Of a DNA stretch of 64,000 nucleotides, positions 28,847 to 39,990 are shown piece by piece. The first letter of the stretch is position 1. Each line of letters opens with the position of its first letter. This stretch comes from an uncultured Porphyromonadaceae bacterium. GTDB taxonomy: Bacteria; Bacteroidota; Bacteroidia; Bacteroidales; Muribaculaceae. The stretch lies in the NCBI GenBank assembly GCA_947427285.1, contig CANEHE010000005.1:26156-90155 (forward strand), written 5' to 3'. The notes under the pieces were generated by a model. It did not search any database. It was not told where the DNA came from and worked only from the letters and a program-made list of their open reading frames with translations. The translations under genes and the position numbers were made by a program.

Positions 28847-29895
28847 GGCATCCGGGCTTTAAGTGGCCTCTGTGAAGCAAGAAGCATATCGCCGATAACA
28901 AGACAGGACATGGCTTCGACCACAGGCACAGCTCTGAGAGCGACACACACATCGTGTCTCCCCCGAGGCTGAAGTATACACGGATTTCCATCGATGTCTA
29001 CAGTCGGCACAGGCCTCATCAAAGTGGGGACAGGTTTGAACACAACAGAAAAATATATATCCTGTCCATTGCTGACACCACCCTGTATACCCCCGCTGAA
29101 ATTGGTCAGCGTAGTGATCCCGCCTTTTTTACAGGGATCTGCAACAAAAATATCCGCCACCGAACTGCCAGACTTACGACAGGCATCACTCCCGATGCCG
29201 TATTCAAAAGCCTTGGCCGCATTGATACTCATCATCGCCTCAGCGAGGCGGGAATGCAATTTATCAAAAACAGGTTCTCCAAGCCCTATAGGACAGCCTC
29301 TTATAATACAACTTACCCGTCCTCCTATGGAATCACGACTCTGTATGGCCCTCTCTATCTCAGAATCCATTTCCCCGAAGTCCGTTGGCTTTTCATATAT
29401 ATCCTGAGACATCCACGATCCCGTTCCCGAGACCCACCCCTCCACGGATATACCCTCTGCATCCAGAATCTGGCGAACCATCGCGCCCCCGGCCACCCAA
29501 TTGGCTGTCTCCCTGGCACTCGCACGGCCTCCTCCGGCCGCTTCCCGTATACCATACTTTTTCTGCCATGTGAAATCGGCATGACAGGGCCGGAACACCC
29601 GCGATATATCTGAATAATCGGACTGACGGGAATCATGGTTGGGAATCATGAAGCCAATCGGAGTGCCAAGAGTAAGACCATCGGATGAAATTCCGGAAAG
29701 GATCTGAATCCTATCTGATTCCCTTCTTTGACTCACACCTTTGGATTTCCCCGGACGACGCCGGTCAAGTTCCTGTTGAATCCGATCAACCGATATAGGA
29801 ATACGCGAGGGCATCCCGTCAAGGATTCCTCCGATCGCCGGTCCATGACTTTCTCCAAAGGTAGTAAGGCGCAAATATCTTCCGAAGGTATTCAT
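28843..29895 (-). CDS. aroC: Chorismate synthase
   Basis: TFGESHG, GRASARET, GLGEPVFDKL, GGIQGG, GRHDVC. Confidence 0.96.
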   Translation of the reverse strand: MNTFGRYLRLTTFGESHGPAIGGILDGMPSRIPISVDRIQQELDRRRPGKSKGVSQRRESDRIQILSGISSDGLTLGTPIGFMIPNHDSRQSDYSDISRVFRPCHADFTWQKKYGIREAAGGGRASARETANWVAGGAMVRQILDAEGISVEGWVSGTGSWMSQDIYEKPTDFGEMDSEIERAIQSRDSIGGRVSCIIRGCPIGLGEPVFDKLHSRLAEAMMSINAAKAFEYGIGSDACRKSGSSVADIFVADPCKKGGITTLTNFSGGIQGGVSNGQDIYFSVVFKPVPTLMRPVPTVDIDGNPCILQPRGRHDVCVALRAVPVVEAMSCLVIGDMLLASQRPLKARMP

Positions 29896-30386
29896 CGCTC
29901 AGATACTATATCAGCCGCAGTGGCCCGACACACACGTAGCCAATCGGCGGGATTAACCTTCAACTGCAATCCCCGTTGGCCGGCAGAGACATATATGAAC
30001 GGAAATCCAAGAGCCTCCTCGGAAAGAAAGACCGGGAAATTTTTCTTCATCCCGAGAGCGGTGCATCCTCCACGGATGTATCCTGTGACGTCCAACAGAT
30101 CTTTCATCGGGATCATCTCCACCTTCTTGTTGCCGGAAATCTTAGCCGCTTTCTTGAGATCCACCTCGCGGTCGCCCGCCACAATGCAGACTATGTATCC
30201 TGTTCTGTCGCCATGCAAAACCAATGTCTTGAACACCTGTTCCACAGGTTCGCCAAGCGACTCGGCCACATGACCGGCAGCCAGATCGTTCACATCCACT
30301 TCGTACGGGACAAGCTCATAATCAATGCCGGCACGGTCGAGCAACCGTGCGGCATTTGTCTTCTGTATTCCCGTCTTAGCCTTCAT
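29892..30386 (-). CDS. ybaK: Cys-tRNA(Pro) deacylase
   Basis: KTNAARLL, VFKTLV, TGYIRGGC, SAGQRG. Confidence 0.92.
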   Translation of the reverse strand: MKAKTGIQKTNAARLLDRAGIDYELVPYEVDVNDLAAGHVAESLGEPVEQVFKTLVLHGDRTGYIVCIVAGDREVDLKKAAKISGNKKVEMIPMKDLLDVTGYIRGGCTALGMKKNFPVFLSEEALGFPFIYVSAGQRGLQLKVNPADWLRVCRATAADIVSER

Positions 30387-30416
30387 CCTCTACCACTTAT
30401 GTCCAATACATAAGAC

Positions 30417-32531
30417 CTACTTGTCCATTGTCAGAAGTAGCTCCTCGTTATTGCGTGTCATTTCCATCCGTTTCTTCATGAATTCCATCGCCTCCAATGA
30501 ATTCATATCGGCAAGATAATTTCTGAGAATCCACATACGACTGAGAGTCTCCGAAGGAAGCAGCAGATCATCACGCCTGGTAGAGGAGGCCACAATATCC
30601 ACAGCCGGGAAGATACGCTTGTTGGAAAGTTTACGGTCAAGTTGAAGTTCCATGTTGCCCGTACCCTTGAATTCCTCAAAAATCACCTCGTCCATCTTTG
30701 AGGAGGTCTCTGTGAGGGCCGTCGCTATTATGGTCAGCGAACCGCCACTTTCAATATTACGCGCGGCACCGAAAAACCTCTTGGGTCTTTGAAGCGCATT
30801 GGCATCCACACCGCCAGAAAGGATCTTGCCCGATGCAGGCGAGACCGTATTGTATGCCCTGGCAAGCCGCGTGATGGAATCAAGCATTATCACCACATCA
30901 TGTCCGCATTCCACCAGTCTCTTGGCCTTCTCGAGAACCAGGCCGGCGATCTTCACATGCCGGTCAGCCGGTTCGTCAAAAGTAGAGGCGATAACCTCAG
31001 CATTCACACTCCGGGCCATGTCCGTCACCTCCTCCGGACGCTCGTCAATGAGAAGCATGATGATGTACGTGTCCGGATGGTTCTCGGCGATCGCATTTGC
31101 TATATCCTTAAGCAGAATGGTTTTGCCTGTCTTAGGAGGAGCCACGATGAGTGCCCTCTGTCCCTTGCCTATGGGAGCGAACATATCCACCACGCGAGTG
31201 GAGATATTCACACTGCCGGAGCGTGTAAGATTGAATTTCTCATCCGGAAACAGAGGAATAAGGTGCTCAAAGGGTTCACGATCACGTATCAGTTTAGGAT
31301 CCAAGCCATTGATACTGGAAATATTACAGAGAGGATAATACTTCTCTCCTTCACGGGGAGGACGTATGCCACCTTCCACCACGTCACCCGTCTTCAAGCC
31401 ATATTGCTTGATCTGCTGTTGGGTCACATATATGTCATCCGGACTTCCGAGATAATTATAGTCGCTTGAGCGGAGAAATCCATATCCTTCCGGCATAATC
31501 TCCAGCAATCCCTGTGCAATCAGAATTCCATCGAAGTCAAACCGTGTTTCAACACGCCGCTGTTGCATCTGATGCATCTGCCGCTCCATCTGGCGTTGAC
31601 GCTGACGCTCCTTCTTGCTTATATGTTTGGGCTGTTTCTGCGGCTGTGGTGCTACAGCTTGTCCTGAAGCGTTGGGTTCGCCGATTACTATGGGTGACGA
31701 AGCCTCAATAATAACAGCCTCTTCTATCTCACGACGCGAGCGAGGTGTGAATGTCTTGCGACGGGCATTGGTGAAAAATGAGTCCAAACTTGGCTTTTCC
31801 CCGTTCTGGGGCTGATTCCGTGGAGTGAACATCCGTTTCCCGGAAGTTTCCGCCACCTCTACGAGAGGTTGTTCAGTAATAGATTTCTGTTCAGACTCTC
31901 CTATTACTTTCTCTTCTTTCTCATCCTTTACCACCATCTCCTCCGATTGGGGCGTCACAATCACAGGTAAATCTGTATTCAGAGAATGATCGACAACCGA
32001 CTCTGGTGTATCCTCCGAAGCATCAAGGGGTAGAACAGGCTGTACCGCTTCCTTTGCTTTTGGTTTCCGTCCCCGTTTCTTCGGTTCTTCCATCTTGATC
32101 GGAGCCTCATCCGCCGCTTCGGATTCGGGTAATTGGCCCGAAGGCTCCGAAAGATTCTGATTCTGTTCCTCTTTCGCCGATTCAACCATCTTCTGAGAAT
32201 TTGGTTTACGGCCGCGTTTCTTTAGTGTCGGTTCAGTCATTCCGGTTTGATCAGAAGCCTGCTGAGTCTGATTATCCGGTGTCTCGACCGATTCTTCCGC
32301 GGTCTTCTGCGTAGCGGTTTTCCGACCACGCTTGCGGTCGGCCGGACGCTTACCGGCACGCTCATTCAGTTTTGCAGCCTGATCCTTGGCACTATTGACT
32401 GCATCATTGTCAAGTATATAATACACTATCTCCTCTGTGGAGTGTGAAGCGGTCTTTTTCATACCCAACCCCTCCGCAATGCGGTGAAGATCAGATTCGG
32501 GAAGAGAATGAAGTTCGTCTAAACTATACAT
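30417..32531 (-). CDS. rho: Transcription termination factor Rho with long disordered N-terminal insertion
   Basis: [41 protein letters not shown]; ~280-aa low-complexity insert. Confidence 0.97.
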   Translation of the reverse strand: MYSLDELHSLPESDLHRIAEGLGMKKTASHSTEEIVYYILDNDAVNSAKDQAAKLNERAGKRPADRKRGRKTATQKTAEESVETPDNQTQQASDQTGMTEPTLKKRGRKPNSQKMVESAKEEQNQNLSEPSGQLPESEAADEAPIKMEEPKKRGRKPKAKEAVQPVLPLDASEDTPESVVDHSLNTDLPVIVTPQSEEMVVKDEKEEKVIGESEQKSITEQPLVEVAETSGKRMFTPRNQPQNGEKPSLDSFFTNARRKTFTPRSRREIEEAVIIEASSPIVIGEPNASGQAVAPQPQKQPKHISKKERQRQRQMERQMHQMQQRRVETRFDFDGILIAQGLLEIMPEGYGFLRSSDYNYLGSPDDIYVTQQQIKQYGLKTGDVVEGGIRPPREGEKYYPLCNISSINGLDPKLIRDREPFEHLIPLFPDEKFNLTRSGSVNISTRVVDMFAPIGKGQRALIVAPPKTGKTILLKDIANAIAENHPDTYIIMLLIDERPEEVTDMARSVNAEVIASTFDEPADRHVKIAGLVLEKAKRLVECGHDVVIMLDSITRLARAYNTVSPASGKILSGGVDANALQRPKRFFGAARNIESGGSLTIIATALTETSSKMDEVIFEEFKGTGNMELQLDRKLSNKRIFPAVDIVASSTRRDDLLLPSETLSRMWILRNYLADMNSLEAMEFMKKRMEMTRNNEELLLTMDK

Positions 32532-33024
32532 AGTCTGATTGATAATATCAAAAATACATCAGGAGCCATAAACGGTATCACCGTTCCAAATGCCACTGAA
32601 ACCTGTCAATATGGCGACTTTCAGACAGAAATAAAATTCCCAAAGCATACGCCATCGAATGACTGATAAATAATTGTCATCAACATACCCCCACACGAAA
32701 CAGGGACTACATCCTGACAAAAAACAAAATTGAGATTGAATTGATATATGAATGGATTTCAACGGAGAAAGTAAACCCAGACATATCTGACGACAAATTC
32801 CAATCCATACCTCTCCTCCATAATCGGAGCAGCCGGATTATATCGGGCCAAGCCACCCTCTCAGGATTGAATTATCGTCTGAATTGATTAGAGAACCGGA
32901 AACAGAGAACCCGTACCGGATATGTCAAGAAGAGAGCTGAACGCATCGCGTCCTATTTATTACAATGCAAAATTATAAAAAGTTTTTAAGTCAGCCAAAT
33001 TTATGACGCTTTCCATAAAATATT

Positions 33025-33057
33025 GTATGGCGACTGTTTTCCCAACAGTCGCCATAC
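33025..33057 (-). terminator. Intrinsic terminator hairpin after A2M gene
   Basis: gtatggcgactgtt N5 aacagtcgccatac 14-bp perfect stem. Confidence 0.7.
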
Positions 33058-33153
33058 GTGTTTTCCATAATACTTTTTCGAACTAACCTAACATCATGAA
33101 ACGATTTTCTAATATTACAACATCTATATCGTCACAATGGTTCGGAAAAAGTT

Positions 33154-36100
33154 TTATTTTTTTGCACTCACTCTTATTTCTGTCCCTGCACTATGGGCCA
33201 CTATCTGAGGGGCATATTGCGATTGAACGGTGGCGATACCAAGTGAATAAGTGCCTTGACGATCCACATAACAGTCGTAAGTGATGACGTGTGATCCTTT
33301 CGGCAGAAATCCTATAAAGAAGTTGGTGGTCTCGTCTCTCACTTCCCGATAAAGCCATAGTCCGTCGACAAACGTATAGTCCGACAATTGAACAGTCGGC
33401 TCCAGACATGCGGAACGCGAGTCCGTAACAGCCACATAGTCCATATCACGGCTGGTGTTCAGTGTCAGGGTCACTCTCACTTTATCTCCGACTCTCAGAG
33501 CCTTAGCATCGGCCACAGGCGATACTCCACCGTCAGTGACAAGATACAGAGCTTTGCTCACAGATATCTCCGGCATGGAACTTTCCTTGACATCGTCAAT
33601 CGGAGCCACATATTGCGACATGACACTTCCCCATGCCGGACCCACTCCTGTCCGGATTATCTTCAATTCCCGGGCCGAGGCTTCAGCCAAAGGAAGAGTC
33701 ACACGGCAATATCCGGCAGGACTTTCATCCGAAGGCAACGCCACAGGCATTCCACCAATAGTAATGGATGGAGTATCAGATGGAGATGTCCAGTCTGTGC
33801 CAGATCCCAGAATAGCCTGGATCACATCGACGGTATAGGGCTCCGCACCCCAGTTCTCTACCTCTCTTTTTATGATGAGCCCCTGTCGCAACCGATCTAC
33901 ACTTGACGATGCGGGTGTAATATCAGAAAATGCTTCCAAAACCTGCGCCGTTGCAAAAAGTGAGGAATATCCTCCGTAACCGGAAGGCAAGTTTTCATAA
34001 CGCATACCAAGAGAGGGAGTGTAGACAGCGTTCTGACGGAGTGATTCAAGCACTCTTGATGCTTCGGATGCATAACCTTCACGATTAAGGACTATAGCTG
34101 CCTGAGCACGAGCCGGGATCGTCAGATTCCGCCATTCTTTCCTTACGACCGACAACGCCTTGGCCTGAAGAGCCGCAACACCCGCCGACATCTTTTTCTT
34201 ACCGAAGAACCCACGGATATAAAGCCATTCTACAGCACGGCTGACCGAAATCCTGTTTTTTGACGCACGATACGATTCCAGTACCGCATTGTCAAGATAT
34301 TTACGACCACGTTCTATTGCCGGGCCAATATCTCCAGAAGAGGGCAGCCAGCCGTTTTTACGAAGCATACCGAAATGCAACAACACATTAGATGTCATAT
34401 ATTCCGAAGATTGCATTCCCGGGCACCAGCTCCATCCTCCATCGGAGTTCTGGAGTGCTATAATCTCTTTCTGCAATCGCGAAATTGTTGGATCGATATT
34501 CTCAAGAAGAGTCGAGAGACCTCTCATTCTAAGCGTTTCCGACGAAGCGTCGTTCAACCATGGTGTATTGATAAGTTCCACCGTTTTAAGATCGGCATTT
34601 GTTGACAATGCCGACTGCGAGTCGGAAGCAGCAAGACGACGGATCTCCTCAGCAACTGCCGGATACTTATTGACAATTCCTTTTGCCGTGGCATCGCCAT
34701 CATAGGCCCGCAGAAGCGAAAGAAGATTTTTCGATTTGGGAACCACTACTGAAGGAAGAGCCGTGACACAATACCATATAGGGTTGTCACAATACTGGAG
34801 CGTGACGGAAGCATCGTCAGCGAAAGACGGCAACTTCATTGTGAACTCTCTCTCCGACGGATTCAGATAGAATGCTGTTGATTCCGTGACTGGTGTCGAC
34901 GAAGGCAACACGGTAATCAACCCCTGTTCGCCATCAGTGTGAGCCGCCGACCCGGCGTAGGCACGGATAAGGAGATAACCTATCGAGTCAGGTACAGCAA
35001 AATCCACAGTCATAACACGGCTGCCCGAGGGAGATACTGAGGAAGAATCGCTTACCCTGCTCATCAACACGTCTCCCGTCATCGGGTCCACAATCTCTAT
35101 CTTTCCCCAGATATCTGTTATGGAATCTGTGGCATTGTAAAGAGTGGAAGTTATTGAGGCGCGGTCGCCTGTACGTAGGAATCTCGGCATGTTGACACTC
35201 ACCATCACCGGTTTTGCCGCAGTGGCCTCAAGAGTTGTGACCGCACTTTGAAGATCCCGTGTGTAACCAAGAAGCTGAAGTTGCCATGTGGTATTGAAAT
35301 CAGGCACCGTAAACTCCAATGTCTGCACACCCTCACTGTCGGTCTGAAGCATAGGTTTGAAGAAAGCTACCGGACACTCCATCTCACGCAAGGGTATATC
35401 TTCCGTGCGGACTGACTCTGAATCATCGGCAGATTCGGCTACACCATCAATGCCTCCGGCCATCTGATTCTTGACTGCGCCAAAATCAGCATTCGATTTC
35501 ATCATGACTGCTTGAGATGAAGTTTCTTTAACTTCATTCACAACATTCTCCGCCTTGACCACAGCTTCTGGCATTGCTCCTCCCCTGATGCGAAGATGAC
35601 GTGTCATATAGTTGTAAGGCACCAGAGAATAACCGTACGTCTGCCAACCAGGTAATATCAAGATCTTGTCAGAGGAATGTCGTATGGAAGAGAGGGCGAA
35701 TGAATTCGAAATATTTCCCCTATAGGCCATCTCAAGCGACAACGGATTATACCATCCCTTCGAATCCGGAGAGAAAATCCATCTGAACGGAGCGATGGCA
35801 TTTATCGCCTTATCGCTCATCACAGCCATGACAGGCAAAAATGATTGCGGACTTCCGTTATATTGGAACCGGAATCTCCAAGTTTCCTTATCGCCAGGGA
35901 CAAGTCTGTCACGGAATGTCTCCGTGATAATTTCCAATTTATCTTCTGAACCCGATGGAAGGATTTCTATCTGAGCCTGATAATTCTTAAGGTCGGCCAC
36001 TGTCGCAAGTGTCAGCCACAAACGGTTTCCCTTCTCCGGCACCTCTACCTTTACCGACGATGTGCGTCTGTCCACGACAAGCCATTCCGATTTGACGAAT

Positions 36101-38844
36101 CCTTTTGTATCTGTCAGATAACAAAGTACATGAGAATCTTTGTAACTGCTGCCGACAGGCACATCAATATGATGTTCGCCGGATTTGGCTGTTATTTTCT
36201 TTAGGGGTGTCCATAAATGTGTCTCGACAGGAGGCATCCGATCCGATGATCTCCATACGATGAAATCTGCTGAAGCGGACGCGGTGGTATCAGCACCCGT
36301 CACCTGAAACTTTGCCTCATATTTCCCGGAAGAAAGCTTTGCAAAATCAATGTGCATTTCCGGTGCCATGAAAGATCCTGACAGAATCTTTTCACCTTTG
36401 TCATTAGTGATTACATAATCAATATTTCTTGCGGCCGGAAGTCCTAAAATATCCGTAACCCTTACACTCACTGTCGATGGAGCCTCCGAAGCATTTACGA
36501 TCGATGGCAGAGCCGGCAGCACATTATAAGCCGATCCGAGAGCGAATGTAGCTGTAGGAGCCTGTTGGGTCTCACCTGCCGGAGAAGTGACCGAAACATT
36601 GAGACGATATGCACCGAAAGCATAAGGAGTATCTTTCAACATCCGTGTGTCAAGCTGAATCTTGAAACAACCATCCGCATCTGTCGAAGCAGTTCCTGCA
36701 AAAGTGGCATCAGGCGACTGGGTGCCACGCCAACACCACCAGCTTGCATAACGGATATCATACCGGACCTCAGCATCGGCCACAGGCATTCCGCTGTATG
36801 TGCGTGCATGTCCGGAGATAGTCACCATATCACCGGCATGAGCTACCGGGCTTACCGAATCTATCTCGGCAAAGAAAGCAGGTGTCTTGTAATCGGCTAC
36901 CTCAAAATATCCGTTGCCGACGTATGTTCCTGAACAGACAACTTCCATACTCCACGTTCCGAGCAGACCGGAAAGAGGCAGAACAAAATCGGCAGGCACG
37001 CGTCCGTGACTGTCTGTCTCTCCAGTATGCGAAGCCACGACGGCATTATTGGCATCACGCAGATTGATAGAGACCTTTGTCTGTGGAGCGACCTCCATAT
37101 CATGCCCATCAACAGTATAACATACAGCCACACAAGAGACCGAATCACCCGGATGATATACAGACAAATCAGTAAACACCTCCGCAGCAATACGTTTTAC
37201 CGATTTACTCTCTTCTGTGGTATATAGATAGGCGTTATAATACTGCACATCATTTCCTCGGGTGAGTTTTAAACCCCAGCTCCCCCGGGCGGCATCTACA
37301 TCACCAGCCTCCCCGGTGACAGCAGTGGCTTTGGTTTTAAGAATACCTTTCTCCATAGTCCTGAATTCCACTTTGACACCTTCAAGAGGAGCACCACCGA
37401 CTGCATCAACCACATATATTTTACGTTTTTGGTCATTACCATTCACACCGACCGTAATCACCTGCATCCCACTCACACGGAAAGCTGTGGGACGCTTGTC
37501 AGTCACATTCTTGGGTATTCCTTTCACATCAGAAGTCGATGACGGCACAGTCACATAAAGTCCGCATGGAAGCACTCCTAAATCGACTACAGTATCAAGA
37601 CGTCTCGGGATATTCATCCCTGTAGACAGTGCAACCGATTTCACCACTTTGCCGGAAGAGACAAGCTGTGAGACCGTCTTACCACGATATTCAGCCACAT
37701 CTGGAACGGATAAGACCAAAAGATTTGTCTGGCGGGTATTAAACAGCCGCATCGAGACCTTTACAGGAACGGTAGGTGCAAATTGGGAAAGACTTGAAAC
37801 CCGCACCTCCGGAGCTGTGAGTGAAGCGACAGTATTGGAAAGGCGTCCTGAGCCATAAGCATCCGGCCAGCGTTTCAAAGCATCGGAGGCCAGCTCATAA
37901 AATCCGGTCGCCTTTTTCACTGCTTCCATATCCAGACTGTCCGTATGCAGATAGTCCCCAGGAGAAGTGAAGGCAGCGAGTTGATTTATAAGCATAATAC
38001 TTTGTGGTTTACCTTCAAGCCGCGAAATACAGTCCTGGATCCATCGGACCCGGTTTTCTCCTGAAAGAATCTGCGTACGTTGCGTCATGGCGTATGCCAA
38101 AGGATCCAGTTTCGATCCCCCGGAATAACGGTCAAGTCTTGAATCAATCAATGAATCGATAAGAGTCGATGCCAACTGTGACGGTCGCGATTGCATATCT
38201 GAATCCGCACTCGTCACTCTGAACGGGATGGTGCCTCCGGACGCAGAGGAAAAATTTTTTAGCAAATCAATCCCCTTATACACAATGAAGTCGCTTTCAT
38301 CCGGAATAAAATTCGAAATATCCGTAGATGTAAGCAGAGGAGCAAGAGCTTGAAGTTCAGGCCCATCGGATTGTCCCAACAACTTGATAGACTCCTCTAC
38401 AAGCGATACTACCTTCTTGGCAAAAAGGGCACGGCTCCAATCCGCCACATTCTCAGGGTAGACATTCAGAGGAAGAGTACGTCCGTTAAAGACACCTGCA
38501 TTCGTGGAATAGTAGTCGGCATATATCTGTGCTTCCAGAAGTCTTGCCAACGCGCCATATTCCGATGGCATCAACAACGCTAACGAATCCATCCTGTGGA
38601 TCGACCGGCCCACATTTGCCCGGTCTACCATATTTTCGGCTACCGTCAGCTGCATGCAGCTTTCAAGCACACCTATATAGTTTCTTTCGGCCATGGATTT
38701 TTTTAACATGGCCGAAGCATTCCCGACCACAGTCTGTGGAAAAGCAAAGTCAGGCACACCAGAAGGCGTCGCTTTACTTTTTGTGGCTGCAAAGGTTCCT
38801 ATAGAACCCATGAGAGCCAATAACAAAAGCAATACGTTTCTCAT
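33154..38844 (-). CDS. Bacterial alpha-2-macroglobulin family protein
   Basis: 1896 aa, signal peptide, FTDLSVYHPGD (MG2), F.VPDFNTTW, LQNSDGGWSW, VGDKVRVTL...YREVRD C-terminal pattern. Confidence 0.9.
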   Translation of the reverse strand: MRNVLLLLLALMGSIGTFAATKSKATPSGVPDFAFPQTVVGNASAMLKKSMAERNYIGVLESCMQLTVAENMVDRANVGRSIHRMDSLALLMPSEYGALARLLEAQIYADYYSTNAGVFNGRTLPLNVYPENVADWSRALFAKKVVSLVEESIKLLGQSDGPELQALAPLLTSTDISNFIPDESDFIVYKGIDLLKNFSSASGGTIPFRVTSADSDMQSRPSQLASTLIDSLIDSRLDRYSGGSKLDPLAYAMTQRTQILSGENRVRWIQDCISRLEGKPQSIMLINQLAAFTSPGDYLHTDSLDMEAVKKATGFYELASDALKRWPDAYGSGRLSNTVASLTAPEVRVSSLSQFAPTVPVKVSMRLFNTRQTNLLVLSVPDVAEYRGKTVSQLVSSGKVVKSVALSTGMNIPRRLDTVVDLGVLPCGLYVTVPSSTSDVKGIPKNVTDKRPTAFRVSGMQVITVGVNGNDQKRKIYVVDAVGGAPLEGVKVEFRTMEKGILKTKATAVTGEAGDVDAARGSWGLKLTRGNDVQYYNAYLYTTEESKSVKRIAAEVFTDLSVYHPGDSVSCVAVCYTVDGHDMEVAPQTKVSINLRDANNAVVASHTGETDSHGRVPADFVLPLSGLLGTWSMEVVCSGTYVGNGYFEVADYKTPAFFAEIDSVSPVAHAGDMVTISGHARTYSGMPVADAEVRYDIRYASWWCWRGTQSPDATFAGTASTDADGCFKIQLDTRMLKDTPYAFGAYRLNVSVTSPAGETQQAPTATFALGSAYNVLPALPSIVNASEAPSTVSVRVTDILGLPAARNIDYVITNDKGEKILSGSFMAPEMHIDFAKLSSGKYEAKFQVTGADTTASASADFIVWRSSDRMPPVETHLWTPLKKITAKSGEHHIDVPVGSSYKDSHVLCYLTDTKGFVKSEWLVVDRRTSSVKVEVPEKGNRLWLTLATVADLKNYQAQIEILPSGSEDKLEIITETFRDRLVPGDKETWRFRFQYNGSPQSFLPVMAVMSDKAINAIAPFRWIFSPDSKGWYNPLSLEMAYRGNISNSFALSSIRHSSDKILILPGWQTYGYSLVPYNYMTRHLRIRGGAMPEAVVKAENVVNEVKETSSQAVMMKSNADFGAVKNQMAGGIDGVAESADDSESVRTEDIPLREMECPVAFFKPMLQTDSEGVQTLEFTVPDFNTTWQLQLLGYTRDLQSAVTTLEATAAKPVMVSVNMPRFLRTGDRASITSTLYNATDSITDIWGKIEIVDPMTGDVLMSRVSDSSSVSPSGSRVMTVDFAVPDSIGYLLIRAYAGSAAHTDGEQGLITVLPSSTPVTESTAFYLNPSEREFTMKLPSFADDASVTLQYCDNPIWYCVTALPSVVVPKSKNLLSLLRAYDGDATAKGIVNKYPAVAEEIRRLAASDSQSALSTNADLKTVELINTPWLNDASSETLRMRGLSTLLENIDPTISRLQKEIIALQNSDGGWSWCPGMQSSEYMTSNVLLHFGMLRKNGWLPSSGDIGPAIERGRKYLDNAVLESYRASKNRISVSRAVEWLYIRGFFGKKKMSAGVAALQAKALSVVRKEWRNLTIPARAQAAIVLNREGYASEASRVLESLRQNAVYTPSLGMRYENLPSGYGGYSSLFATAQVLEAFSDITPASSSVDRLRQGLIIKREVENWGAEPYTVDVIQAILGSGTDWTSPSDTPSITIGGMPVALPSDESPAGYCRVTLPLAEASARELKIIRTGVGPAWGSVMSQYVAPIDDVKESSMPEISVSKALYLVTDGGVSPVADAKALRVGDKVRVTLTLNTSRDMDYVAVTDSRSACLEPTVQLSDYTFVDGLWLYREVRDETTNFFIGFLPKGSHVITYDCYVDRQGTYSLGIATVQSQYAPQIVAHSAGTEIRVSAKK

Positions 38845-38880
38845 AGAATTTCAACCCTTATCGATGGATATAAGTTCAAA

Positions 38881-38902
38881 GACCTCCATAAATACGGAGG
38901 TC
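38881..38902 (-). terminator. Short hairpin between hypothetical gene and A2M gene
   Basis: gacctcc N8 ggaggtc, followed by TTT on minus strand. Confidence 0.35.
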
Positions 38903-38928
38903 CGGTTTCTTTAATAAGAATCTCAGGA

Positions 38929-39396
38929 TCATTTCGCCTTCGCACGACGCTTTCCCCTCTTCTGTTTTCTCATCTGCTCCATTTTACGACGGAAACTTTC
39001 TTCTGCATCCTTCATTTTGTAAAGCTGACGAGGGGTAAGCATCTTAGAGAATTTCTCTTCATAGCGACGGGTGATATCAGCATCCTTCGATTTACTTTGA
39101 ACAAGTGCCTCGGAAAGACGCGCATAGTCTGCATCAGTCGATTTTGAATTTCCAGTGACACTTTTCTCCAGCTTACGTGTGGTTGAGAAATTCTTATGAC
39201 GTTCCTCCTCCATCTGGAGATATATTTCGCCAAATTCCTTGGCCTTGTCGGCAGGCAGCTCTATTTCCTGAACTATATATTTGATCTTGAATTCCCTGAA
39301 TTCGCGGTGCATCTCCTCCCTGTTCTTTTTCTGACCCATGGAAGGCAACGCAAAGAGTGCCGCTGCCGCAATCAATAACAGATTCCTGACGTTCAT
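38929..39396 (-). CDS. Secreted helical hypothetical protein (Spy/CpxP-like)
   Basis: Signal peptide, basic helical sequence, LTPRQLYKM..AE..F pattern. Confidence 0.7.
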   Translation of the reverse strand: MNVRNLLLIAAAALFALPSMGQKKNREEMHREFREFKIKYIVQEIELPADKAKEFGEIYLQMEEERHKNFSTTRKLEKSVTGNSKSTDADYARLSEALVQSKSKDADITRRYEEKFSKMLTPRQLYKMKDAEESFRRKMEQMRKQKRGKRRAKAK

Positions 39397-39418
39397 GTCT
39401 GTATATCTCTACTTGTTT

Positions 39419-39449
39419 TTAGAAACTGTAAAAAATGACTGTTAATTTG
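39419..39449. mobile_element. Degenerate solo MITE end overlapping a stop codon
   Basis: TTA+GAAACTGT then aaaaatgactgttaatttg (39431-49), 19 bp identical to 47183-47201. Confidence 0.6.
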
Positions 39450-39897
39450 TCACCTGCAGGTCACGATAATTTGAATTGAAGGTATAGTCGAAATCTTCCA
39501 CCAATTCATCTATACCTTCGTAAGAATCCACCACCTCTTCCTCAAGCTCAAAACCAGACTGTCCGCTCTCATACGGACCACGGTCAAATTCAAGTGGATC
39601 AGATGAAGGATCGGAGAGTGCCTGAGCCACAAGGGCCGGTGGATTCTCCAGGTCAAGAGGTCTCTCACCACTCATGGTATGAAACATTTTCATCATACAC
39701 CATATTCCAGCGAACATCGCCGCAAGATACACGTATGGCCTTACTCTATGCCACCTTGAGAGACGCGCCGGACGAACCTCCTCCCGCAAAAGAAGATTGG
39801 CTGCTACCTCGCTCTGCATTTGCTGGAAATATCCTTCCGGCACACGAAAGCCAGTATCTCGTCCTAATTTATGTTCAAGTCTGTCTTCAAATTTCAT
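39442..39897 (-). CDS. Hypothetical membrane protein (putative anti-ECF-sigma type)
   Basis: GFRVPEGYF N-terminal motif and single TM helix (YVYLAAMFAGIWCMM). Confidence 0.7.
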   Translation of the reverse strand: MKFEDRLEHKLGRDTGFRVPEGYFQQMQSEVAANLLLREEVRPARLSRWHRVRPYVYLAAMFAGIWCMMKMFHTMSGERPLDLENPPALVAQALSDPSSDPLEFDRGPYESGQSGFELEEEVVDSYEGIDELVEDFDYTFNSNYRDLQVTN

Positions 39898-39973
39898 TGT
39901 TGTCTCTGCCGGGCGACAACGGCACATACCTATCCCGGCTCACTTCATTTGACAATCCATCGGTTTATCGGTT

Positions 39974-39990
39974 TAAGAGCCTGTTCAAAT
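39974..39990. mobile_element. Solo MITE-like end (TAA + GAGCCTGTTCAAAT)
   Basis: One mismatch to GAGGCTGT core, TAA flank, AT-rich continuation. Confidence 0.4.

Noticed and set aside
29293-29303. ACAGCCTC+TTA, a perfect MITE-end match inside aroC
   Set aside because: Encodes the conserved IRGCP of chorismate synthase and has no TIR continuation; chance match.
31714-31721. ACAGCCTC inside rho
   Set aside because: In-frame EEAV codons, wrong flank, no partner end.
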